Sequence record: ON568341.1
Length of the DNA stretch: 64,000 nt
Strand: one strand, 5' to 3'
Made by a program: the position numbers and the translations under genes. Under the pieces are notes generated by a model. That model saw only the letters and a program-made list of their open reading frames with translations, had not been told where the DNA came from and did no database searches. This document shows, one piece after another, positions 19,273 to 28,788 of the stretch (position 1 is its first letter; each line of letters opens with the position of its first letter).

Positions 19273-20052
19273 TTATTTAGTACGTTCAGGTATATCAATA
19301 CCTTCATATACCCAACTCGCAGCTTGTTGTGCTTTATAAATTGCGTTCGGGTCGGAATCATCAACTGCATCAATTGCTTCACATTGTTTATCACAATCAG
19401 AAAATAGTTTTTCAACCATTGCTAATGATTCAGTATATAGCTGTGTCATTTCTTCTGCTGTTAGTTTTACTATAGCATCATCAAGAATAATAGTAACTTC
19501 ATGAGCACCAGACACAACTTGTGTATAATAATTAAGGAGCATTTGGCGACCAGCAAGATCTGTATTATAACGATGTTCTTTGAATACATAACCAGCATTA
19601 ATTCGATTAGTACGTTCTGATAAAGTTCGTTCTTTCAAATCTTTTTTCACATCAGAAATTGGTACATCGACATAATTGTATGTTTTAAGAACAGTCAATG
19701 CTTTATATTCATCAGTTGCATCTTCTAAAAATTCAACTACTGGTTGTTTTTCATCTTTTAATCGAACATATTCCAATGGTTGATCATTCTTATTTACATT
19801 ACCTACATTTTTATATTCTAACCACCAAAAACCTTCTTCTTTTCTTACCTCATCATTTGGTTCTACTGGAGAACCATCATAACTGGAAATACCATACAAA
19901 GTTCTAATATCGCTATAAAGATAGCGATAGGTCTGTGAATCATCAGGAATTGCACCTGGGCGTTCTTTAAGACCTTTAACACCGATTGGGTTTGAGATGA
20001 TACTACCCAATTCATAGTTTTCCTTTGAATTACCTTTCACATATGTGAACAT
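19273..20052 (-). CDS. Tail fibre assembly-like protein (DUF4376-like C-terminus)
   Basis: GYVFKEHRYNTDLAGRQ...VKLTAEEM helical region. Lies between fibre genes. Confidence 0.5.
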   Translation of the reverse strand: MFTYVKGNSKENYELGSIISNPIGVKGLKERPGAIPDDSQTYRYLYSDIRTLYGISSYDGSPVEPNDEVRKEEGFWWLEYKNVGNVNKNDQPLEYVRLKDEKQPVVEFLEDATDEYKALTVLKTYNYVDVPISDVKKDLKERTLSERTNRINAGYVFKEHRYNTDLAGRQMLLNYYTQVVSGAHEVTIILDDAIVKLTAEEMTQLYTESLAMVEKLFSDCDKQCEAIDAVDDSDPNAIYKAQQAASWVYEGIDIPERTK

Positions 20053-20117
20053 ATAACTACCTCACTTGTTACGATGGTGTCACCCAAGTAAGGTGACACC
20101 TTTTATTATAATTATTA

Positions 20118-23100
20118 TTAAGCAGTACGTTGAGCAATAAACATATCTGCTACTGAACTTACACCATCATAAATTACTTGATAGATAGTTACAGAGTTTG
20201 CAGTTTTGTTAAGTGTTCCATCAACTACAGCATATGTACCATCGGTAGTAAAGTTTCTATTACCTGTTGTATCTTGTTTAACATAAATGTATACTGAAGA
20301 TGCTTTACCACCACCAATTAGACCAGTGATAGGTGCTAGTGTTGTATCTTGATCAAGTGTGATGAAGTATACGTTGCTAGTTCCGTCAGGTGTCCAAGTT
20401 CCAGAAGGTGCAATAACAGAAGAAGTTACTTGATTTGGTATAACATCATATTTTTTGGTAGTTACTTTTGTTGTAGTGAAGTCTGCGTTGGTTGTAGATA
20501 AATGACCTGTGACAGTTACACCCTTGTCAAATACTGCATTTTCTTTGAAAGAAGATGTTGCATTAACAGTTAATGTATCAGAATCAGAATCACCTAACAC
20601 AACACTACCATTTGCTGTCATTAAACCAGTAACAGTTAGTGTACCGCCGATTGTAGCTTCACCAGTTACAGATGCACTAGCAAGTGTAGCTGCACCAGAT
20701 GTTGTAATGGTGGTAACAGTAGCGTCTTCAAGTGTAATACTTGATGCAGTTAATTTTCCATCAACCGTTAGGCTACCAGTAACATTCGCACCAGCCGACA
20801 TAGTTACTGCTCCACCAAATGAACCAGTGGTCATGACTTCAAGGGTATTTCCTTTAAGTAATTTAGTTGCAGTTATATTTTCACCAGCAGTAATACTAGT
20901 ACCAGCAGCAACACCATTGGTTGCAGTTAATGATTTAACAGCCACGTCAGAGTTTGATTGGTTTAGTGTTGCGTTTAGAATGCCAGTTACAGTGAAGTCA
21001 CCGTTGTTAACTACGTTACCGTTGATTGTTAAGTTATTGTTTTTAGAACCAACATCACCGATGGTTGCTGATTTAGAAATCAATTCTGCACCAGATGTAA
21101 TGTTACCTGCGGCACTAATAGTGTTAGCTGCCTTAACTGCATAAGGTTCAATAGTTTGACCACTAACATCGATATCAGCATTAATACCACCATCAACACG
21201 TAAAGAACCAGCAATGTAAGTATTAGGGAAAATTTGAACAGTTTCTGAGTGTTCACCAACCTGTGTACCAATAATAACAGATGAACCAGTTTTTATTGAA
21301 CCTTCAGATGTTAGTGCTCCCACTGTTGCTGTGCCAGTAACGTTTAGTTTGCCACCAACTTTAGCGTTATTAGTTACTGTTAACGCTATATCATCACCAT
21401 TAAGAGTCATTGATGATGCAGATGCGTTTCCAGTAACATCGAGTGTACCACCAATAGTTGCATTGCCATCAGAATGTAGAGTTTGTGCAACAGAAAGACT
21501 GTTTGCAACCACATCAGTACTGGTCAAATCCAATGCACCCGGTGTTAATGTACCAGTAATGTTAACATTATTACCAAATGTTGCTGCCCCAGTAACATCT
21601 AGGGTAGAGCTAAATGTACCAGAAGTTGCAGAGATTGAACCAGATTCTAGTGAACCAACAGTAGTTTTTCCAGTTACACCTAGTGTACCACCAACTGTTC
21701 CATTTGTTGTAACTTCTAATGTTCCAGTACTTAGATCTTTCGCTGTAACTTTGTCAGATGCGTTAATAGTTGTTGTTGTAACACCACCACTTAGGGTGCT
21801 TGCACCAGTAACACTGAGTGTTTTAGCTGCACTAACGCTGTTTACGTTAAGATCTGCACCAGATAGGTCTAAACCACCTTCAGGAATAAATTTACCCTTA
21901 ACGGTTAGTTGTTGAACAGAACTGTCACCAGTAACATCCAGTGTAGAAGCAGTTAGACCACCATTCAGGCTTGCTTCCCCAGTAACATCTAGGGTAGTTG
22001 TTACAGTCGCACTGTTAAGAGTGGAGTTACCGGAAATATTAGCACTTGGTGCAGTGATTGAACCTTTATCAACTTGTACATCACCAGAAACAACTTTAAT
22101 ACCACCAGCATCAACTGTTAGTTTTTCGGCAGTGTTCAAAGTACTTGAAATTGTTGTTGCACCAGTTAAGGTTGTGGTTCCTGCAACACTCATGTTTCCA
22201 GAGATAGATGGATTACCTGTAATGTTACCAGTAGTTAGAACCAAGTCAGTACCTACAGTAGTGGAACCAGTACTTTCTAATGTTACACCGACAATATTTG
22301 CAGATTTAAGGTCAATGGAGCCATCAACAGTCAAGTTACCATGTACTGTTGCATCACCGAGTGAATTTAATGATTTCACAGAAACATCAGTTTTACTAAG
22401 GTCAATTACACCAGCAGTAAGTGTTCCAGATACTGCCAAATCACCAGTAATTGCTGTATTTTTAGTAATAGATACAGTTTCTGATGCTGACGTAATTGAG
22501 CCAACAGTAAGTGCACCACCAATGGTTGCATTGTTAGTTACAGTTAACGCTGTTTCTTCACCAGATAGTGTTAAAGAAATACCATTCATTTCACCAGTAA
22601 TATTTGCAGATGCCGCAGAAATATCGCCAGCAACTACCGCATTTGTTGCGTTTAGAGTTGTTGTAGTAATTTCAGTACTTTTTACTTTAGGAAGTGCGTT
22701 GATACCATCTTTACTATTAACTGTAATAATACCAGAACTTGTTAGCGATTTAACAGAAACATCTGCACCACTTAAGTTAACTGTTCCAGAAACAACTAGA
22801 TCGCCACCAATATTAGCACCTTCTGTTGTAGTGATTGATTTTGCATTAACTTCAGTTTGGCTCAAATCAATTGTACCAGGTGATACAGTTCCAGAAACAG
22901 TAAGATTACCAGTAATGGTGGTATCATTAGAAATAGATACACCATCATCATTACTAATTGTTGGGGTTTCAATAGTAACAGCTTTAACTTTACCTGAAGA
23001 AGTCATATCAGCAACAGTTGATGTACCAGTAACCTTTAGATTAGTAATATTTGCAGTAGTTGAACCAAGTGTAGTAATAGTACCATCAGTACTTTCTAGT

Positions 23101-25601
23101 TTAGGAAGAACACTAGCAATAGAAGATTCTTTACTAACAATTGCACCAGTGCTGGTTAGTGATTTTGCAGTTACATCAGCATTAGTAAGGTCAACTGTTC
23201 CATTAACGGTTAGATCTCCCCCAACTGTTGCACCAGCAGTAGTAGTAATTGAATTAGCATTAACATCTGCTTTAGTTAGATCAATTGAACCTGGAATGAT
23301 TGCACCAGAGACAGTTAGATCACCAGTTACTTTTGTATTATTAGCAATTGTAATTCCATGTTCATTGGAAATATTAGGAGTTACTAATGAAGGAGTAGTA
23401 GTTACGCCAGATACATTTAATGTTGTACCAACTAATACACTTGATAGATTAGATTGTCCAGTTACGTGAAGTTCATCTGCATTAACAGTTGTGATAGTTG
23501 CAGTTGTACTTTTAAGTACTGGGAGTACGTTTTCGGACACACTATCATTGCTTTTAATAACACCAGAAGTAGTAAGTGATTTAACATTAAGTTCGGCTTC
23601 TGATAAATCAAAAGAACCTTTAACTACGAGGTCACCACCTACTGTTGCACCAGCAGTAGTAGTAATAGATTTTGCATTAAGTTCGGCTGCACTTAAATCT
23701 AGTGAACCAACAGTTAAGCTACCAGTGATATCAACATTTTCAGTAAAGGTAGTCTCCCCACTAATCGTTGGGGCAGTTAAACTCGTCGCAGTGATATTAG
23801 TACCTTTGATTGTTTCACCACTTAATGTACCACTAGCAGTAATAGTCGGTGCGGTAACTTCTGTAGATGCACTAATTGTTGGTGCGGAAACCGAAGTTGT
23901 ACCAGTAATAACACCAGAACTTACTGATCCAGCAGATAATGCACCAGAAAGAGTTGCAGTTGTACCAGTAATATCACCAGTGACAGTTAGTGCTCCACCA
24001 ACAGTAGTATCACCTGTACTTTCCAAAGTTGCACCTTTGACATGTTCGGCTGCCACAACTGATTTTGGTGTTAAATCTTGTCCACTAACGTCAACGGTTA
24101 AACCAGTTACTTTACCAGTGAAATCAACATCATTAAGAATTGCCTTACCACCAACTTGTAGGAATGGTGTACTTGGGTCTTGTGTTTCGTTACCTGTAAT
24201 TGTTAGATAATCTAATTTGTTTAGACCATTACCAGTAATACCATATGTTGATAGTGATGCATTGCCAAATGTTGCAGTTTTAAGAACTTTCAATGTAGCT
24301 GGAGAAACCAACTCAGATTGAACTTCATTCGGTAAAATAACAGTTGGTCGTTGTTCTGGTGTAGTATATGCAAAACCGAGTTTAACCGCTGGGTCTTGAC
24401 TATTTTTACCTAAACTGATAGATTTGAAAGTTGCAGTACCGTTTAAACCAGTAATATTAGAACCTAGTGTAACACCACCCACCAATGAAGTAGTTCCTGA
24501 TACATTCAATGTGGTTGCATTAATATCATCCAACTGGAATTCGCCACCAAGAAGACCAGAAACATTAATGTTATTAAAATTAGCTGTGCCAGTACTTTCA
24601 ATATTTGGGATAGTTGCAGTACCAGTAACTTCAAAATCAGCAACTTTAGTTTTACCTTTTTTTACTTCTAGAAGTGGTGTGTCTGGTGATTGAGTATCGT
24701 TACCAGAAACAGTTAGATAATCTAATTTGTTTAGACCATTACCAGTAATGCCATAGGTTGGCAATGATGCATTACCAAATGTTGCAGATGTCAAAACAGT
24801 CAATTTTGCTGGTGACATTAGTTCAGATTGAATTTCGTTTTGTAGAATTACAGTAGGACGCTTATCTGGGGCACTGTAAGGAAAGCTTAGTCTAAAGGTT
24901 TGTGATTCAGAGTTAGAGCCAATACGGATGTCTTTAAATGTAGCAGTACTATTAATACCTGTTACATTAGCACCAAAAGTTACAGCACCTTTTTGGTTAG
25001 ATGCACCAGTGACGTTCAATGTTTCAGCATTCAAATCAGAAAGATTAAACTCACCGCCTAGTGTACCATTAATGTTTACATCGTTGAATTCAGCAGTACC
25101 AGTGCTTGTAATATCAGTTGTAGACATAGTTGTGATTTCTGCGGAATTAGCAGTAATTTTATCAAAAGCAGCAGTTGTACCAACATCAGCAGTTAAGTTA
25201 CCTTTAAGTGTTGTTACTTCATCAACTTCTAAGCTTTTTACTTTAGTTTCTTGTAGTGCTGTTGACCCAGCAGTTTGTGTAAAATCACCACCAACTGACA
25301 CAACACCGTTAAATGTAGCATTTGCATTGATTGTTGCTGTATCAGAACCACCATCTTCACTACCGATAGTAGTGTTACCTTTAACATCAAGACCACCACT
25401 TAGTGTTGCTTTTCCAGCAACATCTAATGTAGATGTAATATTGGCAGTTTCTGTTTCAATGGCAGTAAAAGATGCATTTGCAAAAGATATACTACCATTT
25501 ACAGTTAGGTTATTCTTGAATACAGCATTCCCTTTGACTAAAAGATCCTTACCAACCGTGCCAGCACCAGTAATATCTAAGTCAGTTTTTATTGAGTACA
25601 T
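20118..25601 (-). CDS. Long tail fibre-like protein, T/G/V/S-rich beta-repeat
   Basis: 1827 aa of TVGG.LTV.G..DL repeats. The C-terminal FITLDQDTTL...YVKQDTTGNR domain is typical of fibre ends. TAAATA at 25637-25642. Confidence 0.7.
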   Translation of the reverse strand: MYSIKTDLDITGAGTVGKDLLVKGNAVFKNNLTVNGSISFANASFTAIETETANITSTLDVAGKATLSGGLDVKGNTTIGSEDGGSDTATINANATFNGVVSVGGDFTQTAGSTALQETKVKSLEVDEVTTLKGNLTADVGTTAAFDKITANSAEITTMSTTDITSTGTAEFNDVNINGTLGGEFNLSDLNAETLNVTGASNQKGAVTFGANVTGINSTATFKDIRIGSNSESQTFRLSFPYSAPDKRPTVILQNEIQSELMSPAKLTVLTSATFGNASLPTYGITGNGLNKLDYLTVSGNDTQSPDTPLLEVKKGKTKVADFEVTGTATIPNIESTGTANFNNINVSGLLGGEFQLDDINATTLNVSGTTSLVGGVTLGSNITGLNGTATFKSISLGKNSQDPAVKLGFAYTTPEQRPTVILPNEVQSELVSPATLKVLKTATFGNASLSTYGITGNGLNKLDYLTITGNETQDPSTPFLQVGGKAILNDVDFTGKVTGLTVDVSGQDLTPKSVVAAEHVKGATLESTGDTTVGGALTVTGDITGTTATLSGALSAGSVSSGVITGTTSVSAPTISASTEVTAPTITASGTLSGETIKGTNITATSLTAPTISGETTFTENVDITGSLTVGSLDLSAAELNAKSITTTAGATVGGDLVVKGSFDLSEAELNVKSLTTSGVIKSNDSVSENVLPVLKSTTATITTVNADELHVTGQSNLSSVLVGTTLNVSGVTTTPSLVTPNISNEHGITIANNTKVTGDLTVSGAIIPGSIDLTKADVNANSITTTAGATVGGDLTVNGTVDLTNADVTAKSLTSTGAIVSKESSIASVLPKLESTDGTITTLGSTTANITNLKVTGTSTVADMTSSGKVKAVTIETPTISNDDGVSISNDTTITGNLTVSGTVSPGTIDLSQTEVNAKSITTTEGANIGGDLVVSGTVNLSGADVSVKSLTSSGIITVNSKDGINALPKVKSTEITTTTLNATNAVVAGDISAASANITGEMNGISLTLSGEETALTVTNNATIGGALTVGSITSASETVSITKNTAITGDLAVSGTLTAGVIDLSKTDVSVKSLNSLGDATVHGNLTVDGSIDLKSANIVGVTLESTGSTTVGTDLVLTTGNITGNPSISGNMSVAGTTTLTGATTISSTLNTAEKLTVDAGGIKVVSGDVQVDKGSITAPSANISGNSTLNSATVTTTLDVTGEASLNGGLTASTLDVTGDSSVQQLTVKGKFIPEGGLDLSGADLNVNSVSAAKTLSVTGASTLSGGVTTTTINASDKVTAKDLSTGTLEVTTNGTVGGTLGVTGKTTVGSLESGSISATSGTFSSTLDVTGAATFGNNVNITGTLTPGALDLTSTDVVANSLSVAQTLHSDGNATIGGTLDVTGNASASSMTLNGDDIALTVTNNAKVGGKLNVTGTATVGALTSEGSIKTGSSVIIGTQVGEHSETVQIFPNTYIAGSLRVDGGINADIDVSGQTIEPYAVKAANTISAAGNITSGAELISKSATIGDVGSKNNNLTINGNVVNNGDFTVTGILNATLNQSNSDVAVKSLTATNGVAAGTSITAGENITATKLLKGNTLEVMTTGSFGGAVTMSAGANVTGSLTVDGKLTASSITLEDATVTTITTSGAATLASASVTGEATIGGTLTVTGLMTANGSVVLGDSDSDTLTVNATSSFKENAVFDKGVTVTGHLSTTNADFTTTKVTTKKYDVIPNQVTSSVIAPSGTWTPDGTSNVYFITLDQDTTLAPITGLIGGGKASSVYIYVKQDTTGNRNFTTDGTYAVVDGTLNKTANSVTIYQVIYDGVSSVADMFIAQRTA
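24202..24749 (-). repeat. Intragenic 510-bp-period duplication in the long fibre gene
   Basis: Identical 38-mer at 24202-24239 and 24712-24749 within a duplicated ~170-aa module. Confidence 0.85.
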
Positions 25602-25676
25602 TTATACCCTCCATGATAACCTTGTTAATATGTATATATTTAGTTTTATTCTTCTGTTAACTAATAATTTGTCAAA

Positions 25677-25709
25677 ATAAAAAACCAGACTTATTGATAA
25701 CAAGTCTGG
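25677..25709 (-). terminator. Probable terminator (minus strand)
   Basis: CCAGACTT...AAGTCTGG stem with an A-run on the left. Confidence 0.6.
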
Positions 25710-25717
25710 ATTCATTT

Positions 25718-26617
25718 TTACTTACCAGAGATAACAATCTTCCCACTGAATGTAACATCAGAAGTAAAGATTACGTCACCAGTATTGCTAATTTGTGTGC
25801 CAGTTACTACCAATTCAAATGGTGATGTCGAAACACTACCAGGTGTCTTATTTGCATAAATCGAAACATACAAATTTTCTGGTGATTGTTTGTGTTCAGA
25901 TGCTGGAATTGTGATGGTGAACTCATCTTTATTAGAAATCCAATCATCTTGGTTTATCAATTTACTATAAGGTACTGTCATTGTTGTTGCTCCTATAATG
26001 TTTACTATAACATTTATATAATCCGTAATTTTGCCAATTGCATCTATTGTAATATCACCAGCACCGTTCACTACTACAGATGTTTGAAATACTGAATCCA
26101 ATGTCCTACTACCAGGAGAATCACCATGTAGTTGTATCATGATATCAGGCCCACGCCCATGTACAGATGCTGGAATGGTGTATGTATAATGGTCGGTAGT
26201 ATCTGGTACTAATGTAAATGCAGATACTGGTACAGTTTCAGTTGTTACATATGAACTATCAGTTTCATGTGAACTACCTTTGAATGATTTCCAAATACCA
26301 AGGTCTTTAATATAAATTTGAAGAACATTAGTTTCATCAACTAAAAAATACACATCACCATCTGACCCAATAGATTCATCCGGGGCACTGGTCCCACGCA
26401 AAATACCAGAACTACCAGTGCCACTATGTGCGTTTAGATATCCTAACGTAACTAGATGTGTGTTAGCGGTCGGGTCACCTGCTGAAATTGGAAGAAGTTT
26501 TGTTCCTGAGTAGTTTTGTATTTGCACGACACTACCATTTGTGGTAATCTGTGCACCATTCTTCCCAAGAATGAAGGATTTCTTCATTGTTCCTTCTAAA
26601 TTAGAAAAAACTGCCAT
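25718..26617 (-). CDS. Virion fibre/spike adaptor-like protein
   Basis: N-terminus MAVFSNLEGTMK..ILGKNGA is shared with the upstream tailspike. GSDGDVYF motif and two TIPAS.H repeats. Confidence 0.55.
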   Translation of the reverse strand: MAVFSNLEGTMKKSFILGKNGAQITTNGSVVQIQNYSGTKLLPISAGDPTANTHLVTLGYLNAHSGTGSSGILRGTSAPDESIGSDGDVYFLVDETNVLQIYIKDLGIWKSFKGSSHETDSSYVTTETVPVSAFTLVPDTTDHYTYTIPASVHGRGPDIMIQLHGDSPGSRTLDSVFQTSVVVNGAGDITIDAIGKITDYINVIVNIIGATTMTVPYSKLINQDDWISNKDEFTITIPASEHKQSPENLYVSIYANKTPGSVSTSPFELVVTGTQISNTGDVIFTSDVTFSGKIVISGK

Positions 26618-26633
26618 TTTAATTTAATCTCCT

Positions 26634-28775
26634 TTATGGTAGGGTTATATACGTTACTGGCTGGGCAGCTTTTAATGATGCACCAGCGGCAGTTGCTGTT
26701 ATGATGGGATCTGCAATATCAATTCTATATACATTATTAACAACATATACTGCACGAGTTATATACGTTTTCAAATCATCACCATTTTCCCCAGCACCAG
26801 ATATAATGATCTCAGTACCAGCCGCTTTTGCATATTGGTTATCACCCCATGACACACCCAATGCTTCTATATACGTTTGTCCTACTGTCGTTTGTCTAAT
26901 TGTGTCATATTTTCCAAAAAATGAACCACCCACTGTTACAATATATTTTCCACCAGATTTTTTATGTATAATCGTCCCTTCTGGGAAGTATCTTCCTCCA
27001 GGAAAAGTATCATATGGAATATAATATTGCTCAACTACAGGTATTAGTACTGGACCACGGTGACCAGTACCGTCAATTGCAGTTGTTACTTTGAAATTAT
27101 TAGATGATTGATCGATTCTATCTACGTACATTTTAGAAAAACTATATTTTGAAACATTACAATCATCTTGAACAACACAGTTAGTCCAATTAGTATAAGT
27201 ATATTTAGAGCGAGTATACATACCCCCACCTTCACCTTCAGTGGAAAGGTGTTGTCCTATGACATCTAATTCTTTTGTTCTGATATCACTAAATTTAGAT
27301 GAAGATGGTAGACCACGCCAAAGAATTTTAGAACAAGTAATATTACTTAATTCTGTACTATTCAACCAATTATCCGATCCAGAAGTATAAACGATTACGG
27401 AAGACTCTGGTATATAGAGATTGGATATTTTAAAGTTTCTAGGTGGACCAGCAAATCGACCACCAGTTACACCCCAGTTAATAGATACCATACGGTTTGT
27501 GACTGTAGGATCATTAAGTAAATGTCCGGTTAAACCATCAATTACAAACTCTTTTGAACCATAAGTTATTACACCAGCAGTTGTTAACCCAGTACCAACG
27601 GAAATTAAAGATGATGGGTACACCTCATTATCAAGTATTTTGAAATCCATTCCCAATTCGACATGGATACATTGTCTAACATTATAAAGTCTATTATTCT
27701 TAATAACAAAGTTTCTAACATATTGTGTATCAGGGGCATCCAAATCATAAGGACCAGACCCAGCAACACCAATACCAATACCCCAGTTTGAAAGCGGGAT
27801 TGGTGCATCAGAACCATCAACATTTTCAATTATATTACCTTCAATTACAAAACCATCAGGATAATGTGAGTTAATAACGTTCAATTCAATTGCATCCCCG
27901 TAGATATCATGAATGTGGTTGTATGAATAACGACCAACCTTCATTTTCTCACCAGTTCCTTGTTGGAGAACGCCATATTTACATTTAGTCATTTCATTAA
28001 AGCAAAAATCTATTGTGCCAGATTGGGTCATACCTTGCATTAAGAACGCAGCAGTACTGGTAATGTTAATAAATTTATTAAAATAAAATTTACCATCCCC
28101 GCCAAAGAATTTCAAATAACAGCCAGTAAGTGTGGTGAATTGAATTTGTGAATTAATAACGGATATCATAGTTCCACCATTACCCGTAATAGTGCCACCA
28201 AACCAAGTTACATCTTCCAAATATACTGCTTTTTTGATACGATAATTACCACCTGCTTGAATTTGTATTTTATTTTCTTTTGCATAAGTTGCACACAAAT
28301 TTACAGCTTCAGTGTCATCGGTTTCCCCATCACCTTTCGCACCAAATTCTTCTGGTGTTATATAGAACTGTGCTTGTTGAACTGTACCGCCAGTAACAAG
28401 GCCAATGAAATCACCACCATTTTTACTTGATAGTGCTTTTTTATTAATGTAGAGTGATTTAATCCAAGTACCATTAGTTTTTACGAAGATATCAACAATA
28501 CCATCTTCATCAATTTGAAAATAAGTATTATTATTTTTTCCAATATCATCTGACGGTGATTGAACACCAAATAATGCATTTGGATTATCTTCAAGGTATC
28601 TAATATTAACTGCTGAATCTTGGTCTGATGGTGTTCCTACTTTTAGTGGTAGAAACTTTTCACCTAGATAATCTTTTATCGATACGGAATCATTGACGAA
28701 ATTTATCGAAGCACCATTTTTACCCAATATCATTTTTGGTTTCATGGTCCCTTCAAAATTAGAAAATACTGCCAT
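26634..28775 (-). CDS. Tailspike depolymerase, WcaM-like beta-helix (probable colanic acid-degrading)
   Basis: Start reassigned to ATG 28775 (MAVFSNFEG). PEEFGAKGDGETDDT pectate-lyase-3 cap. GDAIELNV, NWGIGIGVAGS, VRNFVI and RQCIHVE parallel WcaM motifs as I recall them. Confidence 0.8.
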   Translation of the reverse strand: MAVFSNFEGTMKPKMILGKNGASINFVNDSVSIKDYLGEKFLPLKVGTPSDQDSAVNIRYLEDNPNALFGVQSPSDDIGKNNNTYFQIDEDGIVDIFVKTNGTWIKSLYINKKALSSKNGGDFIGLVTGGTVQQAQFYITPEEFGAKGDGETDDTEAVNLCATYAKENKIQIQAGGNYRIKKAVYLEDVTWFGGTITGNGGTMISVINSQIQFTTLTGCYLKFFGGDGKFYFNKFINITSTAAFLMQGMTQSGTIDFCFNEMTKCKYGVLQQGTGEKMKVGRYSYNHIHDIYGDAIELNVINSHYPDGFVIEGNIIENVDGSDAPIPLSNWGIGIGVAGSGPYDLDAPDTQYVRNFVIKNNRLYNVRQCIHVELGMDFKILDNEVYPSSLISVGTGLTTAGVITYGSKEFVIDGLTGHLLNDPTVTNRMVSINWGVTGGRFAGPPRNFKISNLYIPESSVIVYTSGSDNWLNSTELSNITCSKILWRGLPSSSKFSDIRTKELDVIGQHLSTEGEGGGMYTRSKYTYTNWTNCVVQDDCNVSKYSFSKMYVDRIDQSSNNFKVTTAIDGTGHRGPVLIPVVEQYYIPYDTFPGGRYFPEGTIIHKKSGGKYIVTVGGSFFGKYDTIRQTTVGQTYIEALGVSWGDNQYAKAAGTEIIISGAGENGDDLKTYITRAVYVVNNVYRIDIADPIITATAAGASLKAAQPVTYITLP

Positions 28776-28788
28776 TATGACACCCCCC

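Noticed and set aside
20509-25680. Long plus-strand ORFs (20509, 21331, 22021 [482 aa], 23491, 24928) antisense to the long fibre gene
   Set aside because: These are shadow frames. The fibre's Thr/Val/Gly/Ser codon bias removes stops on the opposite strand. They have no RBS or promoter and low-complexity V/P/T/S translations.
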